From Octopus sinensis (Eukaryota): DNA of 64,000 nucleotides. Of the stretch, positions 51,961 to 64,000 are shown in pieces. Every line of letters starts with the position of its first letter. The first letter of the stretch is position 1. The notes under the pieces were generated by a model. The model ran no database searches. It was not told the origin of the DNA and was given only the letters and a program-made list of their open reading frames with translations. The stretch is taken from positions 27,218,001-27,282,000 of the forward strand of contig NC_043020.1 of assembly GCF_006345805.1 (NCBI RefSeq), in the 5' to 3' direction. Made by a program: the position numbers and the translations under genes.

Positions 51961-52668
51961 GGGGGTAAGTATCCCAAAATGTATAAAAATGTACAAAAAC
52001 GGCAAAAAAGCGGGCAGCAATGTGAGTGACAACAACGAAAAAGTCAAAAGTGACCAAACTGAACAAACGAATGGAAAAGGTTTTTTGGTGCACACGACAA
52101 AAGCGGTTTATAATAAACCAAAAGTTTGCAAGTAGCGTCCGAGGACCCTTAGGGTACGTCAAAAATTTAAGGTAAAACGTTTGGGGCGGTAGTTATAGAG
52201 AAAGTATAAACAAAAAAGTTGTTGGGAAGCAAGCTTCTTACCACACAGTCAGTACTCGGATATCGATTTGTTCAGCTAAAAAAAAACTCCTCAAAGCGGT
52301 GCCCCAGCATGGCCACGGTCCTATGGCTGAAGAAGAAGAAAACAAATAGGGAGGAGGGAGAGAAGGAAAGGGGAGGAGGAGGAGGAGGCGAAGGAGAAGG
52401 AAAGAGGAGGATGGGGAAGGGAGGAGGAGAAGAAGGAGGAGTAGGCGAAGGAGAAGGAAAGGGGAGAGTGGGGAGGAGAGGAGGAGGAGATAAAGACGGA
52501 GATGAAGAAGGAGAAAGAATGGGCGAGAGGAGGAGAAGAAGTAGTTGTTTTGGGGTTAGTAAAAGGGAGATAACTCCCGAATGTTATCGAAGCTGAATTT
52601 TAATTAACGAGAACTTTCATTCCTCCCGACCGAGTTTTATTTAATTAGTGCTAAAAAAAGGCAAAGAA

Positions 52669-55600
52669 ATGGAAATTAAGTTCAACGGTCAGAAAGCTTT
52701 GGTAACTGGAGCGGGACGAGGTAATTTCTATTCTGGAAAATCTATTTATTACTTTATTTGGGTGTTTTTAATTTAATTTTTGCTGATTCCTTTGTTCGTG
52801 CACATCGGACGTCCTAGAAATAGCCAATAAAGCTCCCTCAAGTCACGCCCCATTGCCTTTACAAATATGGAGCGGCTTGTAGAATACATTGTATCTAAAA
52901 AATAATAATTGTCGTGATAGTCACGCTTCGAATGCCTCATGATAGGCCTGCACTAGTTCAGTTGTACTAAAAACAGTAATACTACCTTAGTTTTAAAACT
53001 AGGTCTCCTAATACCGTGAAGTCTGTCTTTTTATTTATATATTTCTTAATATTCTAATATATTTCTTTATTCCTCGTCTTGTAACAAATATTAGCTCATA
53101 TATACATATACAAGTGAAGCGCACGATACGTTTTTATATCGACGGTGCCCTCACGGTGTTTGTTTAACTAAAGCACAAATATAATTTAAACTTTTTATAT
53201 TTGGGGACGGTCATCTTTTGCCAATTAACACACCCACTATTTATTTGAACTTCACTTTAGCGGCGAGCTGGCAGAATCGTTAGCACGCCGGGCGAAATGC
53301 TTAGCGGTATTTCGTCTGCGTTACGTTGTGAGTTCAAATTCCGCCGAGGTCGACTTTGCCTTTCATCCTTTCGGGGTCGATAAATTAAGTACCATTTACG
53401 CACTGGGGTCGATATAATCGACTTAATACCTATGTCTGTCCTTGTTTGTCCCCTCTGTGTTTAGCCCCTCGTGGGTAATAAAGAAATAGGTATTTCGTCT
53501 GCCGTTACGTTCTGATTTCAAATTGTTTGTCCCTCTTTCTCAGAGGCTGTCATTACTTTCGAGACAGTGTTTAGCCCCTTGAGGGTAATAAAGAAATAGG
53601 TATTTCGTCTGCCGAAGGCGGCGAGCTGGCAGAATCGTTAGCATGGCGGGCGAAATGCTTAGCAGTATTTCGTCTGCCGTTACGTTCTGAGTCCAAATTC
53701 CGCCGAAATCGACTTTGCTTTTCATCCTTTCGGGGTCGATAAATTAAGTACCAGTTACGCACTGGGGTCGATATAATCGACTTAATCCGTTTGTCTGTCC
53801 TTGTTTGTCCTCTCTGTGTTTAGCCCCTTGTGGGTAGCAAAGAAATAGGTATTTCGTCTGCCGCTACGTTCTGAGTTCAAATTCCGCCGGAGTCGATTTT
53901 GCCTTTCCTCCTTTCGGGGTCGATTAAATAAGTACCAATTGAGTACTGGGGTCGATGTAATCGACTATCCTCATCGCCTAAATTTGCCTGAAACTGTGTG
54001 GAAGCTCTTTACATATATGTGTGTGTCTGTCTGTCTGTCTATCTTTGTGCTTGTGCTTGTCCCCTTCACCACTTGACAACCAGTGTTGGTTTGTTTGCAT
54101 CTCCCAAGCAATAGAGAACCAATAGAATAAGTACCAGGCTTTGAAAGCAAGTACTGGGGGTTGAACTATTTGGCTGAAACCCTTGAAAGCAGTGCCCCAG
54201 CATGGCCACAGTCCAATGACTGAAACAAGTTAAAAGATAAAAGATCCATACACACACACACACATATAGGCGCAGGAGTGGCTGTGTGGTAAGTAGCTTG
54301 CTAACCAACCACATGGTTCCGGGTTCAGTCACACTGCATGGCATCTTGGGCAAGTGTCTTCTGCTATAGCCCCAGGCCGACCAATGCCTTGTGAGTGGAT
54401 TTGGTAGACGGAAACTGAAAGAAGCCTGTCATATATGTGTATATGTGTGTGTATATGTGTGTATGTGTGTGTATATGTTTGTGTGTCTGTGTTTCTCGCC
54501 CTAGCATTGCTTGAAAACCGATGCTGGTGTGTTTACGTCCCCGTAACTTAGTGGTTCAGCAAAAGAGACCGATAGAATAAGTACTAGGCTTACAAAAGAA
54601 TAAGTCCTGGTGTCGATTTGCTCGACTAAAGGCGCTGCTCCAGCATGGCCGCAGTCAAATGACTGAAACAAGTAAAAGAAAGAAATACACACACAACAGG
54701 TTTCCACACAGTTTCCATCTACCGAATTTAATCACAAGGCTTTGGTCGACATTATGACATTAACAACCAAGACAAGGTCACCACTATGACTCCATCAGTG
54801 TCAAATAATCTTTTGCCATTTTTTTGTTAATTATTGTTGATATTTTTGTTCTTTTTTTTTCCTCTAAGGAATCGGTCGAGAAACAGCAAAGATGCTCTCA
54901 AAGTGTGGTGCAACAACTTACGCACTGAGTCGCACTGAGGAACACCTGAAGACGTTAGTTGAAGAAGTAAGCATGCATTTTGTATCGATACAGTGATTCT
55001 TCTTGGACAGTCACATTTGGAAGGGTAGCATTTGGTGGTAGCATTGAATGTTGTCCATGAAGTTTGTGCCAGGTTAATGTTGACAGTAACCCTTAGCAAC
55101 ATGAGACATTGTTAAGGAGGCTGCTAGGGGAGGCTCTTGGTCTGCTAAAAATAGTGCAGATGCACGCGTGGCTGTGTGGTAGGAATTTTGCTTCCCAACC
55201 ACATGGTTCCGGGTTCAGTCACACTGCGTGGCACCTTGGGCAAGTGTCTTCTACTATAGCCTCGGGCCGACCAAAGAATTGTGAGTGGATTTGGTAGACG
55301 GAAACTGAAAGAAGCCTGTCGTATATATGTATATGTATATATGTATGCGTGGGTGTGTTTGTGTGTCTGTGTTTGTCCCCCTAGCATTGCTTGACAACCA
55401 ATGCTGGTGTGTTTATGTCCCCGTCACTTAGCGGTTCGGCAAAAGAGACCGATAGAATGAGTACTGGGCTTACAAAAGAATAAGTCCCGGTGTCAAGTTG
55501 CTCGATTAAAGGCGGTGCTCCAGCATGGCCACAGTCAAATGACTGAAACAAGTTAAAGAGTAAAGAGTATATATATATATATATATTCAGCCAAAATTGC

Positions 55601-57991
55601 AAAGATAATCTGGTACTTGACTGAAGAAAATGGGTGGGTGGGTGGGTGGATGGATGGAAATAGCAGGTGGACCCTATGGAGTAGGGGGCCTGTGGGTTGT
55701 ACACCCATAACTCTGCCAAGAAATAAAAAAAATGGGTGGATGGGTGGGTGGATGGAAGTTGCCAGTGGCTAAAGCATTGTTTTTTGTTTGTTTTTTTATT
55801 CAGTGTCCAGCGATTGTCCCTGTTGTTTGTGACTTGAGTAACTGGGATCGTACCCGTGAGATCGTCAGCTCCTTGGCCCCATTGATCTGTTGGTAAATAA
55901 TGCTGCTGTCGCGTCCCAGAGTCCCTTTCTCGATTCCACCAAAGAAGAGTTTGATGAGTTTGTATCTCAAAGCTTTAATTTTTTTTTTTTGTTTTGTTTT
56001 ATAATTACCATTCTAAGACAGCTCTGAATTAACAGAATCGGTCAAGCAATAGAATATATGCTACCCTGCTGTTGTATATTTTTACATCCCATACATATGT
56101 GTGTGTGTGTGTGGAAACGGATGCATGGTGTTCAATCATAAGGTGGCACTCCGTCGGTTATGACGATGAGGGTTCCAGTTGATCCGATCAACGGAACAGC
56201 CTGCTCATGAAATTAACGTGCAAGTGGCTGAGTAACTCCACAGACACGTGTACCCTTAATGTAGTTCTCGGGGAGATTCAGCGTGACACAGAGAGTGACA
56301 AAGCTGGTCCCTTTGAAATATAGGTACAACAGAAACAGGAAGAAAGAGTGGGAGAAAGTTGTGGTGGAAGAGTACAGCAGGGTTGGCCACCATCCCCTGC
56401 CGGAGCGTTGTGGAGCTTTAGGTGTTTTCGCTCAATAAACACTCACAACGCCCGGTCTGGGAATCGAAACCGCAAGTCCGCTGCTCTAACCACTCAGCCA
56501 TTGCACCTCCACATTCAATCATTATAATAATATAAATAATATATATATGCATTTATACATCATTCATCATCATTCTAAATGAATGCCAGTCATTTATACT
56601 AATTTACTGTTGTTTTTTCAGTGCGTTTGCTGTTAATTTTTATGCTGTTGTTAATGTTTCACAAGTAAGTATTCCCTGGTTATATAACTGGTACCTGATT
56701 TCTGTTTTCTAATTTTTTTTTTCTTATGTCCACACACATGATTTCAGCAATGCAGGCATGGCTATTGGATATGAAGTTTGATTTGGGGTTCAAACACACT
56801 GTGTGACACCTTGACCAAGTGTCTTCTTGTTTTATTCGTATATTGGTTTGAAATTTTAGCACAAGGCCAGCAGTTTTCTAGGAGTGCAATTGGCGATTTT
56901 ATATCAACCCTAGTATTCAGGACTTTCTGGGTATACCTCTTGAACAGGTTCCCTCCACTGTTAGGGTGTGACACTTTTTCACATGGCTGTTCTCATCCAT
57001 ATGCAACACATGACCATACCAGCACGGTCGTCTCTCTTGCACACCACATCTAATGCTTCTTATGTCCAACCTTTCTCTCAGGGTGCTTACACTCTGTCGT
57101 GTATGCACACTGACATTACACATCCAACAGAGCAACTAGCGTCATTTCTTGCAACCTTACACATGTTCTCAATAGTCACGGCCCATGTTTCACTGCCATG
57201 TAGCATGGCTGTTTGCACACATGCATCATACAGTCTACCTTTCACTCGGAGTGAGAGGCCCTTTGTCAACAGCAGAGGTAGGAGCTCTCTGAACTTTGCC
57301 CAGGCTATTCTTATTCTAGCAGCTACATTTTCAGAGCATCCACTCCAGCTACTAACTGAAATGTGATGGAAGTTGTTTTCTGCCCCTTTTTTAGTGTTTA
57401 TTGCCCTTGTGCATTTTCCACACACACAAACTATCTTCCCAGTTAGCCTTCCTTTGGTATTGCCGCACTTCTTATGTGTGCATAGCTTACACCAGGTACA
57501 TCATATGGAGCACGACCTTCGAACGTTGGGCCTCACGGAGGCTATGACAAAAGACCGAGACCTCTGGAGATATGCTGCGACTGCGAAGACCCAACAAATG
57601 AAGCGAGTTCATGGCTCACAGGATGTGCTGCTGTGCTTGAGGAGACCTATTGAGTCAAGTACATCAACATAAAAATCAAATGGAAATTGTAGTTATGATA
57701 CCCATGCTGGTGGCACATAAAATGCACCATCCGAACATGGCTGATCCCAGCGCAGCCTAACTGGCGTCCGTGTCGGTGACACATAAAAGGCACCGGTTGC
57801 CAGCCTCCTCTGGCCTCTGTGCCAGTGGTACGTAAAAAGCATCCACTACACTCACAGAGTGGAAGGGCATCCAACTGTAGAAACACTGCCAGATCAGATT
57901 GGAGCCTGGCACAGCCTCCTGGCTTCCCAGACCCCAGTCGAACCATCCAACCCATGCTAGAATGGAAAACGGACGTTAAACGATGATGATG

Positions 57992-58034
<43 letters not shown>

Positions 58035-58910
58035 GTGTGTCTGTGTTTATATGTGTGTGGGTGTGTCCCCACAATCACTTGACAACTGATGCTGGTGTGT
58101 TTACATCCCCTTGACTTGATTAGACTTACAGAGAATAAGTCCTGGGGTAGCTTTCTTTGGTAGATTAAAAGGTGGTGCTCCAGCATGGCCGCAGTCAGAT
58201 GACTGAGACAAGTAAAAGAATAAAACTGTACACTGTTAGAAAACCAGTGCAGGCACAGGAGTGGCTGTGGTAACTAGCTTGCTTACCAACCACATGGTCC
58301 CGGGTTCAGTCCCACTGCGTGGCATCTCGGGCAAGTGTCTTCTACTATAGCCTCGGGCCGACCAAAGCCTTGTGAGTGGATTTGGTAGACGGAAACTGAA
58401 AGAAGCCTGTCATATATATGTATGTTTGTGTGTCTGTGTTTGTCCCCCTAGCATTGCTTGACAACCGATGCTGGTGTGTTTATGTCCCCGTCACTTAGCG
58501 GTTCGGCCGATAGAGACCGATAGAATAAGTACTGGGCTTACAAAGAATAAGTCCCGGGGTCGAGTTGCTCGATTAAAGGCGGTGCACCAGCATGGCCGCA
58601 GTCAAATTGACTGAAACAAGTAAAAAGAGAAAAAGAGAAAGAGTCTGTTTAAAATGAGATTTGGCTGTTATTTCTAGCAAGTCAAGTGATCACATATTTC
58701 CATTTTTGACTCGTTTACTAATTAGCTATTTTCATTTGGTTACAGATCGTTGTCAAAGGAATGCTAGCAGACAAAAGACATGGCTCCATCGTCAACATTT
58801 CCAGTCAAGCTTCTCTGATAGCATTAAAGAATCATGGAGTATATTCCTCCACTAAGGGTGCATTGGATGCTTTAACCAGATCTATGGCCCTTGAGCTGGG
58901 CCCTCACGGT
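52669..58910 (+). CDS. DCXR: DCXR-like SDR (L-xylulose/dicarbonyl reductase), exons 1-5; 1-bp deletion in exon 3
   Basis: join(52669-52720,54869-54966,55804-55957,56622-56664,58746-58910): [50 protein letters not shown]. Exon 3 needs one extra base (TTG G[G]C CCC ATT) to stay in frame. Confidence 0.9.
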
Positions 58911-60089
58911 GTAAGTATGTCCTTTGATTCAAGAACCTGATGGAATTTTTGTTGTGTGGTCACACAGTTCTGTTTCAGTACCATTTACAAGAAATCCTTA
59001 AGGCACCACCCTCTCTCTCCCCTTCTGTAAAGCACCAAAATATTGGGGAAATTTGGAAAGCTCACAGTATCAGGCACAGGCGTGGCTGTACGGTTAAGAA
59101 GCTTGGTTCCCATGTAATATTGGGTTCAGTCCCACTGCACAGTACCTTGGACCTGTATCTGCTACTATAGCAGCCTCAGACCAACCAAAGTAGATTTGGT
59201 AGGCAGAAACTGAAAGCAGCGGCGAGCTGGCAGAAACGTTAGCACGTCGGCGAAATGCGTAGCTGTATTCTGTCCACCGTTGCGTTCTGAGTTCAAATTC
59301 CGCCGAGGTCCACTTTGCCTTTCATCCTTTCGGGGTCAATTTCATTAGATTATGCACTGGGGTCGATATCAACATCATCATTTAACGTCCGTTCTCCATG
59401 GGTTGGATGGTTCGACCGGGGATCTGGGAAGCCAGAAGGCTGCACCAGGCTCCAGTCTGATCTGGCAGTGTTTCTACAGCTGGATGCCCTTCCTAACGCC
59501 AACCACTCCGTGAGTGTAGTGGGTGCTTTTTATATGCCACCTGCACAGGTGCCAGGCGAGGCTGGCAACAGCCACGATCGGATTGGTGCATTTTACGTGC
59601 CACCGGCACGGAAGCCAGTCGAGGCGGCACTGGCATCGGCCACAATTCGAATGGTGCTTTTTACATGCCACTATATCTTTTTCTTTCTTTTCTCTTTTCT
59701 CTTTTACTTGTTTCAGTCATTTGACTGCGGCCATGCTGGAGCACCGCCTTTAGTCGATCAAATCAACCCCGGAACTTATTCTTTGTAAGCCCAGTACTTA
59801 TTCTATCGGTCTCTTTTGCCGAACCGCTAAGTGGCGGGGACGTAGACACACCAGCATCGGTTGTCAAGCAATGCTAGGGGGACAAACACAGACACACAAA
59901 CACACATATATATATATATACATATATACGACAGGCTTCTTTCAGTTTCCGTCTACCAAATCCACTCACAAGGCATTGGTCGGCCCGGGGCTATAGCAGA
60001 AGACACTTGCCCAAGATGCCACGCAGTGGGACTGAACCCGTAACCATGTGGTTGGTTAGCAAGCTACTTACCACACAGCCACTCCTACA

Positions 60090-60530
60090 CTAACATGCAA
60101 ACATACACTCCTGAACACATACATACACACATGTTCCTGAATACTTTCATTAGATGTATGTACACATAGCGGAACATATGCACACACACACACAAATATA
60201 CACATACTTCAACATATACACACACAGTCACATATACAAACATACACACTCCTGCACACACATAAGTATATACATATGTACTAAAATACCCGAACACACA
60301 CACACACACTCCTGAATTCTTTTATTACATGTACGCATACTCACCGAGCATATGCACACACACACACACACACACACACAGAGTGACAGATACGAAAATA
60401 CATACTCCTGCACACACGTATATGCATATGCACTGTAATACCTGAATAGATGCATACGTACACACACATACATGCATACTCTTACATGCAAACATACAGA
60501 CTTGAACTCTTGCACATACATACACACCAT
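60090..60530. repeat. Degenerate CA-rich minisatellite (ACATACACTCCTGAACAC-like units)
   Basis: Recurrent 'catacactcctgaacac' units mixed with (CA)n. Confidence 0.7.
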
Positions 60531-61619
60531 GATAGATGGAGAAAAGGAAGAAGTGAAAAAGAGGGCCATTAATAGGGAGAGAGAGAGAGAGAGAGAGAGT
60601 TAAGAATGGACAGGAGTTGAAAATGAAAAATTGAAAACAAGAATAACAAGAACAATCACAACAACAATATTAACGGTGACAATAACAACAAACACGATAC
60701 AGAGAAGGTGAACTCCCTCTCTGTCTCACCTTTTCAAAAGCTAGCAATGGAATGTTAAGGATAACAATGAGAATGAAAGGGAGAGGAAAGTGAGAGGAGA
60801 GTCAGAGCTGGAGCAAAGGGAGCGGGAAGAGGAGAGAAGACGAAAGGAGAGGGAGGGAAAGAGACAAAAGAAAGAGAGAAATAATAATAATGATAATAAT
60901 GAAATTATTGTATATAATCGACTTAATCCGTTTGTCTGTCCTTGTTTGTCTTCTCTGTGTTTAGCCCCTTGTCGGGAGTAAAGAAATAAGAAACTGAAAG
61001 AAGCCTCTCACATGTGTGTGTGTAGGAGAAAGGGAAATAAACACAAGTTTATAGTTTATCTTCTATGTGTATTTTGCAGTTATGGTTGTTTGGAGTCTTG
61101 CAATGTGTGTTCAAAGTGTTTTTAGGTGATCAAATCTATGTGTGTATATCTATATTTGTATCTATCTATCTATATATATATATAGGTGTAGGAGTGGCTG
61201 TGTGGTAAGTAGATTGCATACCAACCACATGGCTCCGGGTTCAGTCCCACTGCGTGGCACCTTGGGCAAGTGTCCTTTACTATAGCCTCAAGCCAACCAA
61301 AGCCTTGTGAGTGGATTTGGTAGACGGAAACTGAAAGAAGCCTGTTGTATATATACATGTATGTGTGTGTATTTGTTTGTGTGTCCGTGTTTGTTCTCCC
61401 AACATCGCTTGACAACTGATGCTGGTGTGTTTACGTCCCCGTAACTTAGCAGTTCGGCAAAAGAGACCAATAGAATAAGTAGTAGGCTTGCAAAGAATAA
61501 GTCCTGGGGTCGATTTGCTCGACTAAAAGGCAGTGCTCCAGCATGGCCACAGTCAAATGACTGAAACAAGTAAAAGAGTATATATATATATATATATTTT
61601 ATTTAAAAGCAGCAGAAAT

Positions 61620-61676
61620 TTAACAAAAGCTGTTACTCGGAGTTTCACGTTCCCGTTCGTCGGACAGTTTTGTTAA
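61620..61676 (-). ncRNA. Type I hammerhead motif (U4C core variant, 13-bp stem I)
   Basis: TTAACAAAA-CTGT-CCGACGA-ACG-GGAA-CGT-GAAA-CTCCGAG-TA-ACAG-C-TTTTGTTAA; GUA triplet. Confidence 0.7.
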
Positions 61677-61768
61677 AATAGAACCGAGATGACAATTCTA
61701 TCAAGACTGGTATAAACGTTGCACCTTTAAAAATGGATTTGTTTCATTGGTCCTTTCAAATAACGGTC

Positions 61769-61800
<32 letters not shown>

Positions 61801-61853
61801 ATTGGTGAATTGAAGAAATGGAGCTGAACGCAGATTGAACAGAAATCGTTTTA

Positions 61854-61940
61854 TTTCATTCTACACGTGTTTCGAAAGGCACAATTACCAAAATCCGATT
61901 GAATAATGGGACCATATGTGTCTTTCTCTTCAGGAAGAAA
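61854..61940 (-). ncRNA. Type I hammerhead ribozyme motif with canonical core
   Basis: CTTC-CTGAAGA-GAAAG-[ACACA...TGTGC]-CTTTC-GAAA-CACGTG-TA-GAATGAAA; G10.1-C11.1 and A15.1-U16.1 present; GUA triplet. Confidence 0.72.
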
Positions 61941-62399
61941 AAAGGAAATCCGTTGGAAAAACAAAAACAGAACAGAGGCAGAGCAAAAAACAATCGAACT
62001 GTGCTCCTAAGAGCCCATGGCGAAACTGTTTATCAGTGTATGTTGAGAACGGTGGCTGAAGAATTCAACAGGTCAGGCATCGGTCAAACATGTGGGTGGG
62101 GGTGTATAGATGTTCTTTGTGACCGAGAATAAAGTTCTGACTATTTAAAGAATTTGGATGTTTTATAAGGGGCGAGAAAAAATCTACTTAGAGACGTGTG
62201 TGTGTGTATACTGTTCTATATATGTGTGTGTTGGCGTAGGGGTAGAAAACATTTTTTGTGTACGTGTGTGCGTTTGATCGTTCGGCTGTCAGTGGCTACT
62301 GCCGTGATAACCGTTGGGTGGCAGAAAGAAAAAAAATAAAGAAATTATATATATATATTTTATGTTTTATGTGTGTGTGTGTGTGTTCATCTAAGCCTA

Positions 62400-62775
62400 C
62401 CTTGACAAGGAAACCCCCCGCTGTGAAAAAACAAGCCCCGTTTGTCTTACAGGAGTAATTTCCCTTGCAGTGGTTAATTGTAGATATCTTAAAATCTATT
62501 TCAGAATTTGTTACCAAGGGCTATGGGTGCCGGTCTTATTTATGAACGCTATTTAAAGGCCAGATAAGTGTAACGCCGCCAATGGGGGCATCGAAAAGCC
62601 GACTGTAAGAGCCCGTTTACCATCCGGCCTCTGGCAAACAAAATATGGAAGAGTTCGGAGACACAAAGGTTGCACTGTCTTCCCCCTATCAAATGGGAGG
62701 GCCACCGACAAAATTGACCATTCCAGCCTATAGCTTAAGTTCGCATCCTTCAGTCGCCATATTAGCTTACTGAGT
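62400..62775 (-). mobile_element. PLE 3' fragment (GIY-YIG C-terminus + UTR)
   Basis: LSKLIWRLKDANLSYRLEWSIL..A.PF...C.LC, the typical PLE endonuclease C-terminus. Confidence 0.8.
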
Positions 62776-62793
62776 CCCGTGGTCTGGCGCTTG

Positions 62794-62824
<31 letters not shown>

Positions 62825-63448
62825 TTCACCTTCGAAACGCAGAGTAGATGAAACCATGGCGACTGAAGAAGGGGAAATTTCCTTGTGTTATTTGTCCTGT
62901 ACTCTATTTTTTCGTTAAGAAAAATGTCCAGTTCCTTGGTTTTGTGTTTATGTTTTCGTTTCTCATTGTGTTCGACGTTTTTTTTTTGGTGTCTTGTACC
63001 CATGTATGCGTGTATATATACATGTAGAGGTAGGTACGTATATATATGTATGTATATATGCATATGTCTTATTTATTAATTTATTATATATATATATACA
63101 CATATATATGTGTTGTATGTATATGTGTATATACAAACACACACATATATATACACATACACGTGTATGTATGCACACAAGTTACTGGCTTCTTGCCTTG
63201 ACATCACACAACAGTTGTAAACAAGTGCCACCATCCTACAGGCAGTGTCCTACATGTCCAACCTTCTGTAAGAATATGGCTGCTCTCAAGGAAAAAATAT
63301 TCCTTCACTCAGAAACAGGTGAAGGTTTAGTGACAGGAAGGGCATCCAGCTGTGGAAAGCAGGAAGAGCATCCAGCTGCCTCAACAAATTCCATCTGATC
63401 CATGCAAGGAAAAGTGGACATGAAAATAATGACAGTGTATACACCCAA

Positions 63449-63745
63449 AGGCGCATGGCTCAGTGGTTAGAGCGTCGAGCTTACGATCGTGAGGTTGTGA
63501 GCTCGAATCCCGGACCGGGCTGTCTGTTGTGTTCTCGAGCAAGGCACTTTATTTCACGTTGCTCCAGTTCACTCAGCTGTAGAAATGAGTTGCGACGTCA
63601 CTGGTGCCAAGCTGTATCGGCCCCTTTTGTCTTTCCCTTGGATAACACTGGTGGCGTGGAGAGGGGAGGCTGGTATGCATGGGTGACTGCTGGCCTTCCA
63701 TAAACAACCTTGCCCGGACTTGTGTCTACGAGGGTAACTTTCTAG
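63449..63745 (+). mobile_element. tRNA-derived SINE (full head)
   Basis: GGCGCATGGCTCAGTGGTTAGAGCG...GAGCTCGAATCCCG; body shared with 27420-27625. Confidence 0.8.
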
Positions 63746-64000
63746 GTGCAATCCCATACACCCAAAAAATCTATGACCTGTATGCATTAAACAACTGCAC
63801 TATATGGTCACAGTTGGAATGTCTTTGATCATTCGTCTACTCAGAAAGGATGTGACCTGGGGTTACACAACAACACTGCAATTAACCCTTCAGTACTCAG
63901 ATTATTCTGTCAAATGTAATCCTTATTTATTGCCATTGTTTTGAATTATTCACGCATTATCTTGTAGCTTTGAGATTTCGATGATGTCATCATCATCATC

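Noticed and set aside
62000-62035. Third hammerhead (GCC-CAT-GGC-GAAAC)
   Set aside because: The CUGANGA core is absent or degenerate.
63449-63520. tRNA gene (also the head at about 4310-4385)
   Set aside because: A/B boxes are present but there is no proper acceptor stem; it continues into a SINE body.

Overview
Eukaryotic, very repeat-rich DNA. It is almost certainly an octopus or other cephalopod genome; this is inferred from the SINE, microsatellite and LINE content, and no search was run. Host genes found: (1) a minus-strand two-exon gene for a probably secreted, very basic protein with an (A/T)EK tripeptide repeat and three WSC domains (10347-733); (2) the selenocysteine tRNA gene with TATA box and T-run terminator (17916-18002, minus); (3) a complete 12-exon tepsin gene (26290-43617, plus, 555 aa) whose intron 2 is a U12-type minor intron; (4) a DCXR-like short-chain reductase whose exons 1-5 lie on the plus strand (52669-58910) while exons 6-7 lie upstream on the minus strand (49251-45617). 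The rest is mobile DNA: tRNA-derived SINEs, R4/Dong-like, RTE, Tx1, CR1 and Penelope-like (PLE) retroelement pieces, Helitrons, a piggyBac-like MITE and a 3.6-kb TGT...ACA element with a 4-bp TSD. The most striking unannotated signal is a set of at least ten minimal type I hammerhead-ribozyme motifs. They have palindromic stem III and occur as a closely spaced pair, an inverted pair and a tandem array, consistent with PLE- or retrozyme-like self-cleaving RNAs. All folds and exon phases were checked by eye only.
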